DNA of 64,000 nucleotides from Gammaproteobacteria bacterium (GTDB lineage: Bacteria; Pseudomonadota; Gammaproteobacteria; Eutrophobiales; Eutrophobiaceae). Below are positions 10,660 through 19,550 of this stretch, one piece after another. The position numbers and the translations under genes are program-made. The notes below the pieces were generated by a model that worked only from the letters and a program-made list of their open reading frames with translations, was not told where the DNA came from and searched no databases. Each line of letters starts with the position of its first letter. Position 1 is the stretch's first letter. Where the stretch lies: contig OZ220696.1 in NCBI GenBank assembly GCA_965116495.1, positions 576,001-640,000 of the forward strand. Reading direction: 5' to 3'.

Positions 10660-11022
10660 ATGGCGGTAAAATTTATCGGTGATTCATACGATTTTCCCTG
10701 TGCCAACCAGCGGGAGAATTATGGCGGCGATATAAACATTTACATGGTCTGGGATCATCACCTGATTTATTGTGCGCCCAATACCTACCGGTTGCCGCCG
10801 GACATGAAATTCAGGGATTTCCTGGAGCAGGTGTTTGCTCCTGATTATTTCCAGCACCCCGATGTTGACAAGGTTAACTGGGATGAAGGCGTCTGGCAGT
10901 TGGAGAATCAACCCTGGCAGCCTGATCTGGATAAATCTTTTGCCGGGAACGGCATTGCGCATAACTCGTTTATCCGGGTAACTACTCCCGGACTCGAAGG
11001 CTTACACGGGGTAGGCAACTAA
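10660..11022 (+). CDS. dmpO: Phenol hydroxylase gamma subunit (DmpO/P4)
   Basis: Y..WDHHL..CAP, HPD, W.PDLDKS..NGI.H, TPGLEG. Confidence 0.9.
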   Translation: MAVKFIGDSYDFPCANQRENYGGDINIYMVWDHHLIYCAPNTYRLPPDMKFRDFLEQVFAPDYFQHPDVDKVNWDEGVWQLENQPWQPDLDKSFAGNGIAHNSFIRVTTPGLEGLHGVGN

Positions 11023-11048
11023 TACCGGTCCTCCGGTGAACAACACAC

Positions 11049-12113
11049 GTGTCGTTCCATGCAACCATTGAACCTCTGGGTGAGACGATAGAGGTCGAGG
11101 ACGATCAGAAGCTGCTGGATGCGGCCCTGCGCGCCGGAATCTGGTTACCTTATGCCTGCAATCACGGGCTGTGCGGCACCTGTAAAGTGGACGTGCTGGA
11201 AGGCGAGGTCGAGCATAATGAAGCCTCAGCGTTTGCGCTGATGGATATTGAGCGTGACGAAGGCAAGACCCTGGCCTGTTGTGCGACACTGACATCGGAT
11301 ATCGTCATCGAAGCGGACATTGAGGAAGAGGACGACGCGCAGAATTTACCGGTGGGGGATCATACCGGTACGGTAGTACGCATGGAGGATTTAACCCCCA
11401 CCGTCAAGGGTATCTGGCTGGAGGTGGCAGGCGGCGGTATTGAATTCCAGGCCGGTCAATATCTCAACCTGGATGTTCCCGGCGTGGAAATCCCCCGGGC
11501 TTTTTCGCTTGCCAACCCGCCCTCGGAGAAGAACATTATCGAATTGAACGTCCGCTACGTGGCCGGCGGCCAGGCGACTACCTACCTGCACGAACAACTC
11601 AAGGTGGGCGATGAACTGACGTTTGCAGCACCCCTGGGCCGCTTTTTTGTACGTAAATCCGCGCCTGAGCCGGTGATTTTCCTGGCCGGCGGGTCCGGGC
11701 TGTCCAGCCCGAAATCCATGATCCTGGATATGCTGGAACAGGGTGACGAGCGAACCATCACGCTTGTTTACGGTGCCCGCAACCGGGCTGAACTGTATTA
11801 TTTCAACCTGTTCAGCGAACTTGCGGGGCGGCATGATAATTTTAATTATGCGGCGGCTTTGTCCGAGCCTGCCGCCACGGACGACTGGAATGGGCCATGC
11901 TGTTTTGTAAATGAACTGGCCGAACAACATTTTGATAAGCGCTTTGGAGGCCACAAGGCCTACCTGTGCGGCCCCCCACCCATGATCGACACTTGTATCA
12001 CAAGTTTGATGCGGGGACGGTTGTTCGAGGAACATATCTTCATGGAAAATTTTTTCACGGCGGCAGACAGCGAGAAGCCGGCGCGACGCAGCGCCCTGTT
12101 TAAAAAGTTTTGA
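11049..12113 (+). CDS. dmpP: Phenol hydroxylase reductase (DmpP/P5)
   Basis: CNHGLCGTCK 2Fe-2S motif, RAFS, GGSGLSSPKSM, YLCGPPPM, ending ALFKKF; GTG start. Confidence 0.94.
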   Translation: MSFHATIEPLGETIEVEDDQKLLDAALRAGIWLPYACNHGLCGTCKVDVLEGEVEHNEASAFALMDIERDEGKTLACCATLTSDIVIEADIEEEDDAQNLPVGDHTGTVVRMEDLTPTVKGIWLEVAGGGIEFQAGQYLNLDVPGVEIPRAFSLANPPSEKNIIELNVRYVAGGQATTYLHEQLKVGDELTFAAPLGRFFVRKSAPEPVIFLAGGSGLSSPKSMILDMLEQGDERTITLVYGARNRAELYYFNLFSELAGRHDNFNYAAALSEPAATDDWNGPCCFVNELAEQHFDKRFGGHKAYLCGPPPMIDTCITSLMRGRLFEEHIFMENFFTAADSEKPARRSALFKKF

Positions 12114-12119
12114 CTTCAA

Positions 12120-12431
12120 ATGGACCTGAATAAATTTATAATCGTCATTGAAGATACCGGCGAGGAATTTGCCTGTTCGCCCGAACGTAACGTCCTCAAG
12201 GCCATGGAGCAACTGGGCAGGAAGGGCATACCGGTAGGTTGCCGGGGGGGAGGCTGTGGCGTGTGTCGCGTACAGGTGCTGGGAGATGGTCATTACCGGA
12301 CCGGCAAAATGAGTCGTGAGCAGGTGCCCGTCAAGGCCGAAGATCAGGGCATCTGTCTGGCGTGCAAGCTGTTCCCCGAGGGAGATTTACGTTTGAAAGT
12401 CCTGGGGAAATGGCAAAAATACTTTATATAA
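12120..12431 (+). CDS. dmpQ: XylT/DmpQ-type 2Fe-2S ferredoxin (catechol dioxygenase reactivation)
   Basis: IPVGCRGGGCGVCRV and LAC motifs, directly upstream of the dioxygenase. Confidence 0.9.
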   Translation: MDLNKFIIVIEDTGEEFACSPERNVLKAMEQLGRKGIPVGCRGGGCGVCRVQVLGDGHYRTGKMSREQVPVKAEDQGICLACKLFPEGDLRLKVLGKWQKYFI

Positions 12432-12478
12432 AATATACTGATATTAGCTTTGTAAACAGATAGCAGGAGGAGAAGACA

Positions 12479-13402
12479 ATGTCATTTACAGGTGTGATGC
12501 GCCCCGGCCATGCGGCAATCCGTGTACTGGATATGGAAGAATCGTTGAATTACTACACTGAGCGGTTGGGCTTGATAAAAACCGATGAGGATGAGCAGGG
12601 CAGGGTTTATCTCAAGGCATGGGATGAACTGGATTGTTTTTCCATCGTACTCAGGGAAGCTGATTCTCCGGGAATCGACTATACCGGTTACAAGACTTAT
12701 TCAAGGGCCGACCTGGATAATCTGGTGGGGAAACTGGAAGATTACGGGCTTGATATTGAATGGATTGCGGACGGCGAACTCAATAATTGTGGCGAGCGGG
12801 CGCGTTTTGAGGCTCCATCCGGTCACCTGTTTGAATTGTATGCGGAAAAAAAGCAAATCGGTGACGGGCTTGGCCGTCTGAATCCCAATCCCTGGCCGGA
12901 GGGCTTGAAAGGGATGCAGGTATACCGGTTTGACCACGTGCTGTTATACGGGCCCAACGCCGCAGAGACCACAAAAATATTCACGGACGTCCTGGGATTT
13001 GACCTGACCGAAAAAGTATTGAATCCGGAAGGCGGTATGGCTGCGGCTTTTGTTTCCTGTTCCAATAAGGCTCATGACCTGGCCATTCTGGAATACCCCG
13101 AACCGAACAAGCTGCACCACGTATCCTTCATGCTGATGACCTGGGAAGAAGTGTTACGGGCTGCCGATATTATGGGCATGCATGAAATCCCCATCGACAT
13201 TGGTCCAACCCGTCACGGCATTACCCGGGGGCGCACCATTTACTTTTTTGATCCCTCAGGGAATCGCAATGAAGTGTTCTGCGGTGATTACACCTGGTAC
13301 CCCGATCGTGAGCCAATTACCTGGACCGCGGACGAACTCGGCAAGGCCATCTTCTACCACGACAGGAAACTGAACGAGAATTTCCTGACGGTAGTGACCT
13401 GA
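12479..13402 (+). CDS. xylE: Catechol 2,3-dioxygenase
   Basis: GVMRPGH, FDH, KLHHVSF, IDIGPTRHGITRG.TIYFFDPSGNRNEVF; 307 aa. Confidence 0.96.
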   Translation: MSFTGVMRPGHAAIRVLDMEESLNYYTERLGLIKTDEDEQGRVYLKAWDELDCFSIVLREADSPGIDYTGYKTYSRADLDNLVGKLEDYGLDIEWIADGELNNCGERARFEAPSGHLFELYAEKKQIGDGLGRLNPNPWPEGLKGMQVYRFDHVLLYGPNAAETTKIFTDVLGFDLTEKVLNPEGGMAAAFVSCSNKAHDLAILEYPEPNKLHHVSFMLMTWEEVLRAADIMGMHEIPIDIGPTRHGITRGRTIYFFDPSGNRNEVFCGDYTWYPDREPITWTADELGKAIFYHDRKLNENFLTVVT

Positions 13403-13445
13403 GAGGACCACACTTGGATGGTGACAGTGCAAAATAATGTGACTT

Positions 13446-13859
13446 GTGCTGATTATATCTTCAAGGGTAACGCTTCCCGATGATGAAATAGAACTTTCAG
13501 CCATACGCGCGCGCGGTGCGGGAGGTCAGAACGTCAACAAAGTCTCATCGGCGATACATCTCCGTTTCAATATTAGCGCCTCCTCATTGCCGGAATTGTA
13601 TAAACAACGCCTGTTGATCCTGAACGACCGGCGCATCAGCAAAGACGGCGTGATAGTCATTAAAGCCGACAACCACAGAACACAGGACAAGAATCGAACT
13701 GAAGCACTTGCCAGGTTACAGGAATTAATCAGGAGCGTTACCGTGGCCGGGAAAGTGAGGCAGCCAACCAGGCCCAGCAGAAGTTCGCAGCAGAAAAGAC
13801 TGGATAGCAAAACCCAGCGCGGCCGGATTAAATCCCTGCGCGGCAGGGTATTGGATTGA
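13446..13859 (+). CDS. arfB: Alternative ribosome rescue factor ArfB (YaeJ)
   Basis: GAGGQNVNKVSS GGQ motif and basic C-terminal tail. Confidence 0.92.
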   Translation: MLIISSRVTLPDDEIELSAIRARGAGGQNVNKVSSAIHLRFNISASSLPELYKQRLLILNDRRISKDGVIVIKADNHRTQDKNRTEALARLQELIRSVTVAGKVRQPTRPSRSSQQKRLDSKTQRGRIKSLRGRVLD

Positions 13860-13867
13860 GCATCTTT

Positions 13868-13916
13868 TTGCCTGTGAAGGAAAAGGGGTTTATACTTGGA
13901 CAATATACAGTACAAG
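13868..13916 (+). promoter_or_regulatory. Sigma70 promoter and autoregulatory operator of yefM-yoeB
   Basis: TTGCCT-17 bp-TATACT, overlapped by the imperfect palindrome CTTGGAC..GTACAAG. Confidence 0.6.
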
Positions 13917-13930
13917 ACAGGTGCCCAGTT

Positions 13931-14185
13931 ATGCGAGTGGTTAACTTTTCCGAAGCCAGAAATCAGTTAAAGAGAGTTTTAGATCAAGTCATTGAGGATT
14001 CAGATTGCACTATCATCACGCGCCGGGATGCTGAAGATGCTGTCGTCATGTCACTCGATCATTTTAACGGACTGATGGAAACCGTATACCTGTTAAAGAG
14101 TCCGGCAAACGCTGCGCACCTGGCTGAATCAATCGAACAATATCACAGAGGGCAAATCAGGGAACACAGTTTAATAGATGATTAG
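13931..14185 (+). CDS. yefM: Phd/YefM antitoxin
   Basis: VNFSEARNQLK.VLDQV..D...IITR, ETVYLLKSPANAAHL. Confidence 0.92.
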   Translation: MRVVNFSEARNQLKRVLDQVIEDSDCTIITRRDAEDAVVMSLDHFNGLMETVYLLKSPANAAHLAESIEQYHRGQIREHSLIDD

Positions 14186-14453
14186 AATTCTGGCATGGAC
14201 GACAGAGGCATGGAAAGATTACCTCTACTGGCAAAGCCAGGACAGGAAAACCTTGAAGCGCATCAACAAGCTGATTTCCGCCATACAAGGATCGCCATTT
14301 GCAGGTATCGGCAAACCTGAGCCGTTAAAGGAAAACTTGTCTGGATTCTGGTCGCGCCGGATAGATGAAACCAACAGGCTGGTCTACGCGGTAGATGATG
14401 ATCGGCTGACGATCATTTCGTGCAGGTACCATTATGAAAGAGAGAAAAGCTAA
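14178..14453 (+). CDS. yoeB: Txe/YoeB toxin
   Basis: AWKDYLYWQ, GIGKPEPLK, WSRRID..NRLVY, CRYHY; overlaps yefM. Confidence 0.93.
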   Translation: MIRILAWTTEAWKDYLYWQSQDRKTLKRINKLISAIQGSPFAGIGKPEPLKENLSGFWSRRIDETNRLVYAVDDDRLTIISCRYHYEREKS

Positions 14454-14694
14454 CTTGCACAAGCAATATATATCTACGTCACAAGAACGTGTTGGGGTTA
14501 TTCTGACCCTAAGCGCTGAGTAGTACAACGTGAGGGCGTGGGTCAGTCGTACCGTATCATCCCGCAGGTTAATTTCAGACGCACCAGCGAAGATATTTAA
14601 TTAGATTACCTCTGCAAAGGTATCAGCGGCATGCGGAGTTAAACTTCGGTTTTCGGCGTGAAATAACATACACAGATAGCAATTGCCCCGGATA

Positions 14695-14970
14695 TCAACG
14701 AGCAACCGATAGCCTGACATCAAGCGCATCCAGTACCCTGAATAAAGTACCGACCCGCGGGTTGCCTCCCCTGGAAAGCGACCGGTACAGGTTTTGCCTG
14801 CCAAGGCCGGTGGTTTTGGCAACTTTCATCATGCCCTTGGCGCGGGCGACATCTCCGACAGCCTTGACGAAGAAATCAGAATCGCCTTCTTCAAGCGCAG
14901 CATTGAGATATTCAATGATTGCCTCATCACTATCCAGGAAGTCAACTACGTCAAATTTCTTGATTTTCAT
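14695..14970 (-). CDS. Addiction-module antidote protein (HTH antitoxin)
   Basis: FD..DFL.S.EAI.EYL.AALE...VARAKGM..VA..TGL.R.NLYRSLS..GNP; coupled to the upstream toxin. Confidence 0.85.
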   Translation of the reverse strand: MKIKKFDVVDFLDSDEAIIEYLNAALEEGDSDFFVKAVGDVARAKGMMKVAKTTGLGRQNLYRSLSRGGNPRVGTLFRVLDALDVRLSVAR

Positions 14971-15269
14971 GAATGCTCCTGAATCTCTTTCAGCATTTGA
15001 TGTGCACGCCGGATGTCCTTTGCCTGGTTTGACTTATCACCACCACAAAGCAGCAATACAGTCCTACTGTGAACCGTATAATAGACGCGGTAGCCTTTCC
15101 CGACATTTATCCTCAACTCACTGACACCACTTCCGACCGATTTGCTGTCTCCCAAGTTGCCCAGTTCAACACGCCTGAGCCTGGCAGTAATTTTCATGGC
15201 TGCGCGCAGGTCACGTAACCCTCGCAGCCAGTCCTCAAATACTTCCGTATACTTGACTTCGTATTCCAT
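14967..15269 (-). CDS. RelE/ParE-superfamily addiction-module killer toxin
   Basis: F..WL..LRD..A..KI.ARL.R...GNLGD.K.VG.GVSELRI..G.GYRVYY...LLLCGGDKS.Q..DI. Confidence 0.87.
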   Translation of the reverse strand: MEYEVKYTEVFEDWLRGLRDLRAAMKITARLRRVELGNLGDSKSVGSGVSELRINVGKGYRVYYTVHSRTVLLLCGGDKSNQAKDIRRAHQMLKEIQEHS

Positions 15270-15275
15270 AAGGTA

Positions 15276-15321
15276 TGTCCTGTATAGAGGACACTATAGC
15301 AGGAAGCGAGAAATGGCACAA
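15276..15321 (-). promoter_or_regulatory. Promoter and operator of the toxin-first TA operon
   Basis: Minus-strand TTGTGC-17 bp-TATAGT; palindrome TGTCCT-N6-AGGACA at 15276-15293. Confidence 0.55.
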
Positions 15322-15825
15322 GCCCCGGAGAAAGCGCTATCCCAAATTCCGCGTTAGAGATTCAAAACGGGTCTCCGGGGAACATTTTGCCTGTTTGTAG
15401 TGCCCTGCTCAACAGCAAGGGCTACAGGTCGCCCTTGTACAGGCTGGTTGACTGAACCAGGCACCAGGGGATTTTGCAGTCGATTTTAGAAAATCGAATT
15501 GGACCAGTCAGCAAGTCGTGCAGTCCACTGGGTAAATCGATACGGAGCAGCGCGGCTTCAGCTTTTTTGTCAATTGCATGGCTTGTCTGGATTTCAGAAG
15601 TGAGAACCCAATTTCGACACGACATGGCCCGTTATCTTCCCCTCAACGAAAGCAGATGCTATGGAGCGTTGGTCCGAATACTGTATTGCCCGACACAATC
15701 TACTTGCAGCACTCCCAGCCGGTTGCTTCGTACGGCCACGAAACCCGCAAGTGACCCGCACTGTCCAGCAGAGTGGTCGTCTTGTCGCCTGGGCAGCGAA
15801 TCCGCGTAATACGGGGTCATAATAC

Positions 15826-15885
15826 GGGGTCAGGTCGCACAATGCACATGTCTGCTAAGAATTGTGCATTGTGCGACCTGACCCC
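15826..15885. repeat. REPIN/MITE-like inverted repeat, copy 1 (arm GGGGTCAGGTCGCACAATGCACA)
   Basis: Perfect 23-bp inverted arms with a 14-bp spacer; the same arms occur at 25089 and 30501. Confidence 0.9.
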
Positions 15886-15896
15886 GTGTTTTCCCA

Positions 15897-15978
15897 AGTC
15901 GGACTTTGCTTGTGCCTGGATTTTTGCAGGCAGGTTATAAAATGCCTGCCAAAAGCGCCGTGAAGCAAAATGCTTCAA
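15897..15978 (-). pseudogene. 5' remnant of a RelE/ParE-like toxin
   Basis: TTG start overlaps the upstream stop. Reads MKHFASRRFWQAFYNLPAKIQAQA and then runs into the palindromic repeat. Confidence 0.65.
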
Positions 15979-16175
15979 ATCTCGGATGCCTTTCCTTCCT
16001 GGAAGTCCTGCAGAGCCTCTGATATGAGTCTATCCAGTTTCCCGCTATGGTAATCAGCCTCAATTTCCTCGTCCCAGAGTTCTGCATCATAATTCAGAAA
16101 CCATATGCGGAACTCTACCAACTCGGCCGGCGCCAAATTTTCTACGGCCAGTTCAATTTCTTTGACATTTAACAT
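15975..16175 (-). CDS. Small putative antitoxin (orphan)
   Basis: GGAG RBS. V.EIE.AV..L...EL.EFR.WF...D...WD..IE.D...GKLD.L..EAL pattern typical of genes preceding ParE-like toxins. Confidence 0.7.
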   Translation of the reverse strand: MLNVKEIELAVENLAPAELVEFRIWFLNYDAELWDEEIEADYHSGKLDRLISEALQDFQEGKASEI

Positions 16176-16259
16176 AGCTAACTCCAGTGTCGCGGGGATA
16201 TATCGCACAAGGACGCAGGAATCATAAACCAACCATAGGTAAAATGACAATCACATCCG

Positions 16260-16448
16260 CGGGCCGGTCTTGAGGCGGCCCGCCGGCAAGGGCACACGGG
16301 CGGACGCAAACCCAAGATGGATGAGTGCAAAGCCAACGCCGCAAGACAGTTACTGCAGGATGGGATGACGCATCGGGAAGTTGCCGCCACCCTGGGCGTA
16401 TCCGTGCCCACCATATATCGTTGGTTGCCGGCTGCGCAGCGGCCGTAG
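16260..16448 (+). pseudogene. C-terminal remnant of a serine recombinase (resolvase/invertase HTH)
   Basis: Reads RAGLEAARRQGHTGGRKPKM...VAATLGVSVPTIYRWLP*; no catalytic domain or start codon. Confidence 0.85.
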
Positions 16449-16482
16449 AATGATAGTATTCTCGCGGACATGGGGGCCGGAC

Positions 16483-16563
16483 CGAATAGATGAAACCAAC
16501 AAGCTGGTGTATGCTATTGACGCCGGTCAGTTGACAATCATCTCTTGTAGATATCATTACTAA
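16483..16563 (+). pseudogene. 3' remnant of a second yoeB
   Basis: RIDETNKLVYAIDAGQLTIISCRYHY* matches the C-terminus of the intact YoeB at 14178-14453. Confidence 0.85.
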
Positions 16564-16574
16564 GCGATAAATCG

Positions 16575-19127
16575 ATGCACCTTTCCTGGAACGAAATACG
16601 GGTACGCGCCGCCTTAAGAGAAAGCGAACGTCCCCGTTACATCCTGGTGAGCGACTTTCAGAGTTTTGAACTGCATGATCTGGATGAGCGCAAGACCTTA
16701 GCTTTTCCACTGAAAGACTTACCTGAGCACGTAGAGGCATTCGGTTTTATCCGGGGAGTACAACGACGAACTTTCCGCGACCAGGACCCGGTTAACATAC
16801 AAGCTTCTGAACTGGTCGGACGGCTTCACGATGCCCTGTTCGAAGCGGGCTATCAAGGCCACGACCTGGAGCGTTTCCTGGTACGCATTGTGTTCTGCCT
16901 GTTCGCCGACGACACCGGTATCTTTGAGCCGCGTGACATTTTCCTCGACTTCATCGAAACCCGCACGGGAGAGGATGGTTCTGATACCGGCGCGCGGCTC
17001 ATGGAACTGTTTCAGGTCCTCGATACCCCTGAAGACCGGCGCCAGATAACACGGGATGAAGATCTGATCCGGTTTCCCTATATCAATGGTGATTTGTTCA
17101 GTGGCCCACTGCGGATACCTGCCTTTGATTCAGCCATGCGCAGGACACTGCTTGATGCCTGCAACTTCGACTGGTCAAACATATCGCCTGCCATCTTTGG
17201 CGCACTGTTCCAGTCCATCATGGACTCGGAAGAACGTCGTGCAACAGGCGCGCACTACACAACAGAGAAGAATATCCTGAAGGTCATTGAGCCGTTGTTC
17301 ATGGATGACCTTCGGTCTGAATTTACACACCTCAAATCTCGCAAGGATAGTCGCCGTATTACCGAGTTACAACGGTTCCAGAAAAAGCTGGGAGAAATGA
17401 AATTCTTCGACCCTGCCTGTGGTTGCGGCAACTTCCTTATCATCACTTACCGGGAATTACGGTTACTGGAAATTGAGGTGTTACAGGAAATCCGCCAAGC
17501 CGGACAACTGGACGCCCTCGCGCATGACCTGTCTCAGATTGATGTCGACCAGTTCTACGGCATTGAGCTGAAAGAGTTTTCAGCCCGTATCGCCGAGACA
17601 GCATTGTGGATGATGGACCACATCATGAACAATCGCCTCAGCCTGGAGTTTGGCCAGATCTACGCACGTATCCCGTTACAAACGGCGCCGCATATCGTCT
17701 ATGGCGATGCGTTGGAGATGGATTGGAATACATTATTGCCTGCCCGGGAATGTTCTTTTGTATACGGTAATCCCCCCTTTAGTGGCGCGAAGTACCAGAC
17801 TCCAGAGCAGCGTGAGCAGGTTCGCAGGATTGCGGCGCTGGACAAAAGCGGCGGCACTCTGGATTACGTCACTGCATGGTTCATCAAAGTAGGAGACTAT
17901 ATACAGGAAAGCAAAGCCCGTATTGGTTTTGTTTCCACCAACTCAATTACCCAGGGTGAGCAAGTGGGGCAACTCTGGCCCATTCTGTTTGACCGCTGCA
18001 AGCTGGAGATTGCCTTTGCGCATCGGACTTTTGCCTGGGGGTCGGATGCGCGGGGCAAGGCGCACGTACACGTCGTCATTATCGGTCTGGACAGACGAGA
18101 CAATGCACGGGCGAATAAACGGTTATTCAGCTATCCCGATATCAACGGTGAACCGGAAGAAACCAGCCACTCTGTGATTTCACCTTACCTGTTCGATGCC
18201 GGTGGACTTACAGGCCCACATATGACAGTGCGGGAGGAAAGCAGCCCAATTAATGGAATGGGGGATCTGATTATTGGTTCTAAACCTATCGACGGCGGTC
18301 ACTATATATTCGACAAGGACGAACGGAGCGTATTTTTGGAAACAGAACCGGACGCTGAAATTTACCTTCGCCCCTATGTTGGCGCAAGAGAATTTCTGCA
18401 GGGCGGTAACCGTTGGATTCTTGCCCTGCATGGTGCTGCCCCTGATAAGTTGGCGAAGTTGTCCCGTGTTCGCGAACGCATCACCTCCGTCCGTAATTAT
18501 CGTCTCGCTAGTACGAGCGGGCCTACGGTGAAACTGGCAGAAACACCGACGCTGTATCATGTAAATGTTCTACCAACCAACCCATTCTTGGTTATCCCCG
18601 AGGTCAGTTCGGAGCGTCGGGAGTACGTGCCTATTGGCTGGTTGGAACCACCCACGATCCCGAGCAACCTCGTTCGCGTTCTTGAAGACGCCACCCTTGC
18701 GGACTTTGCTCTGCTGACCTCAGCTATACACATGGCTTGGTTACGCCAGGTCGGTGGGCGACTAGAGAGCCGTTACCGCTACTCCATCGGTCTCGTTTAC
18801 AACACCTTCCCGACGCCACCCGGCTTCAGGTCTGAAGGCGCAGACTTGTCGAAGCTGGAACCATTGGCACAAGCCATCCTGGATGCCCGCGCTATCCACC
18901 CAAACGCAACACTGGCCGAACTTTACGACCCCGACCTAATGCCACCAAACCTGCGCCGGGCGCACCAGACCCTCGACCGCGCCGTGGATCGGCTATATCG
19001 TAAATCAGGCTTCACATCAGAACGCGAGCGTGTCGAACACCTGTTCATGCTGTATGAAAGAATGCGAGGGCCGTTGGAAGCCGGAATGAAGGCAAAATCA
19101 AAACAGCGGAAAACTAGAATACCTTAA
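16575..19127 (+). CDS. MmeI-family (type IIL) adenine methyltransferase with deleted endonuclease core
   Basis: LSWNEI start, GAHYT, FFDPACGCGNF, GNPPF, RLESRYRYS and LYDP..MP motifs. The N-terminal PD-(D/E)xK segment is missing. Confidence 0.9.
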   Translation: MHLSWNEIRVRAALRESERPRYILVSDFQSFELHDLDERKTLAFPLKDLPEHVEAFGFIRGVQRRTFRDQDPVNIQASELVGRLHDALFEAGYQGHDLERFLVRIVFCLFADDTGIFEPRDIFLDFIETRTGEDGSDTGARLMELFQVLDTPEDRRQITRDEDLIRFPYINGDLFSGPLRIPAFDSAMRRTLLDACNFDWSNISPAIFGALFQSIMDSEERRATGAHYTTEKNILKVIEPLFMDDLRSEFTHLKSRKDSRRITELQRFQKKLGEMKFFDPACGCGNFLIITYRELRLLEIEVLQEIRQAGQLDALAHDLSQIDVDQFYGIELKEFSARIAETALWMMDHIMNNRLSLEFGQIYARIPLQTAPHIVYGDALEMDWNTLLPARECSFVYGNPPFSGAKYQTPEQREQVRRIAALDKSGGTLDYVTAWFIKVGDYIQESKARIGFVSTNSITQGEQVGQLWPILFDRCKLEIAFAHRTFAWGSDARGKAHVHVVIIGLDRRDNARANKRLFSYPDINGEPEETSHSVISPYLFDAGGLTGPHMTVREESSPINGMGDLIIGSKPIDGGHYIFDKDERSVFLETEPDAEIYLRPYVGAREFLQGGNRWILALHGAAPDKLAKLSRVRERITSVRNYRLASTSGPTVKLAETPTLYHVNVLPTNPFLVIPEVSSERREYVPIGWLEPPTIPSNLVRVLEDATLADFALLTSAIHMAWLRQVGGRLESRYRYSIGLVYNTFPTPPGFRSEGADLSKLEPLAQAILDARAIHPNATLAELYDPDLMPPNLRRAHQTLDRAVDRLYRKSGFTSERERVEHLFMLYERMRGPLEAGMKAKSKQRKTRIP

Positions 19128-19229
19128 AGTAAATTCATTGCACTGGCCCTTCAAGCCCACATCATGGCCCGCATCATCGCCGCCGCAAGGATAAATCCAC
19201 GCAAGGACAAATACATTGAGAATAATGGA

Positions 19230-19246
19230 GTAAGACGTTATCTTAC
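19230..19246. promoter_or_regulatory. Palindromic operator upstream of the AbrB-type antitoxin
   Basis: GTAAGA-CGTTA-TCTTAC, 5 bp before the ATG. Confidence 0.5.
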
Positions 19247-19251
19247 CCCAT

Positions 19252-19494
19252 ATGAAGACTATCATTTCATGGAAAGGCCAGGTCGTCATCCCGGCCGACT
19301 TTCGTAACCGGGACAAAATTGAAGCCGGCCAAGCGTTTGATACAGAACGGCTGGACAGAGGCGAATATCGTTTGGTAATTACCGAACCCCTGAAGAACCA
19401 AGGATTGGTGGATACGCTTCTTGCTTGCCCAAGCAAGGGCTGGTTCGTGCCGATCGAGCCAGAGTCTACCGATTCGCTTGAAGCGCCACCGTGA
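19252..19494 (+). CDS. AbrB/MazE/SpoVT-family antitoxin
   Basis: MKTIISWKGQVVIPADFR..DKI.AGQ pattern; stop overlaps a PIN-like start. Confidence 0.8.
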   Translation: MKTIISWKGQVVIPADFRNRDKIEAGQAFDTERLDRGEYRLVITEPLKNQGLVDTLLACPSKGWFVPIEPESTDSLEAPP

Positions 19495-19550
19495 CGTTTC
19501 TGGTCGATGCCAACGTATTATGCGAACCTGCCAGGAGGAAGTGCGCATGA
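19491..19550 (+). pseudogene. 5' remnant of a VapC/PIN toxin
   Basis: GTG start overlapping the antitoxin stop; MTFLVDANVLCE, then an early stop. Confidence 0.75.

Noticed and set aside
11391-12293. 300-aa antisense ORF (likewise 21259-22038, 52495-53148 and 63102-63848)
   Set aside because: Antisense shadows of well-supported genes, with no recognisable motifs.
15330-15806. Short overlapping ORFs between the TA pair and the repeat
   Set aside because: No recognisable family in the frames read; probably decayed sequence and cannot be called.
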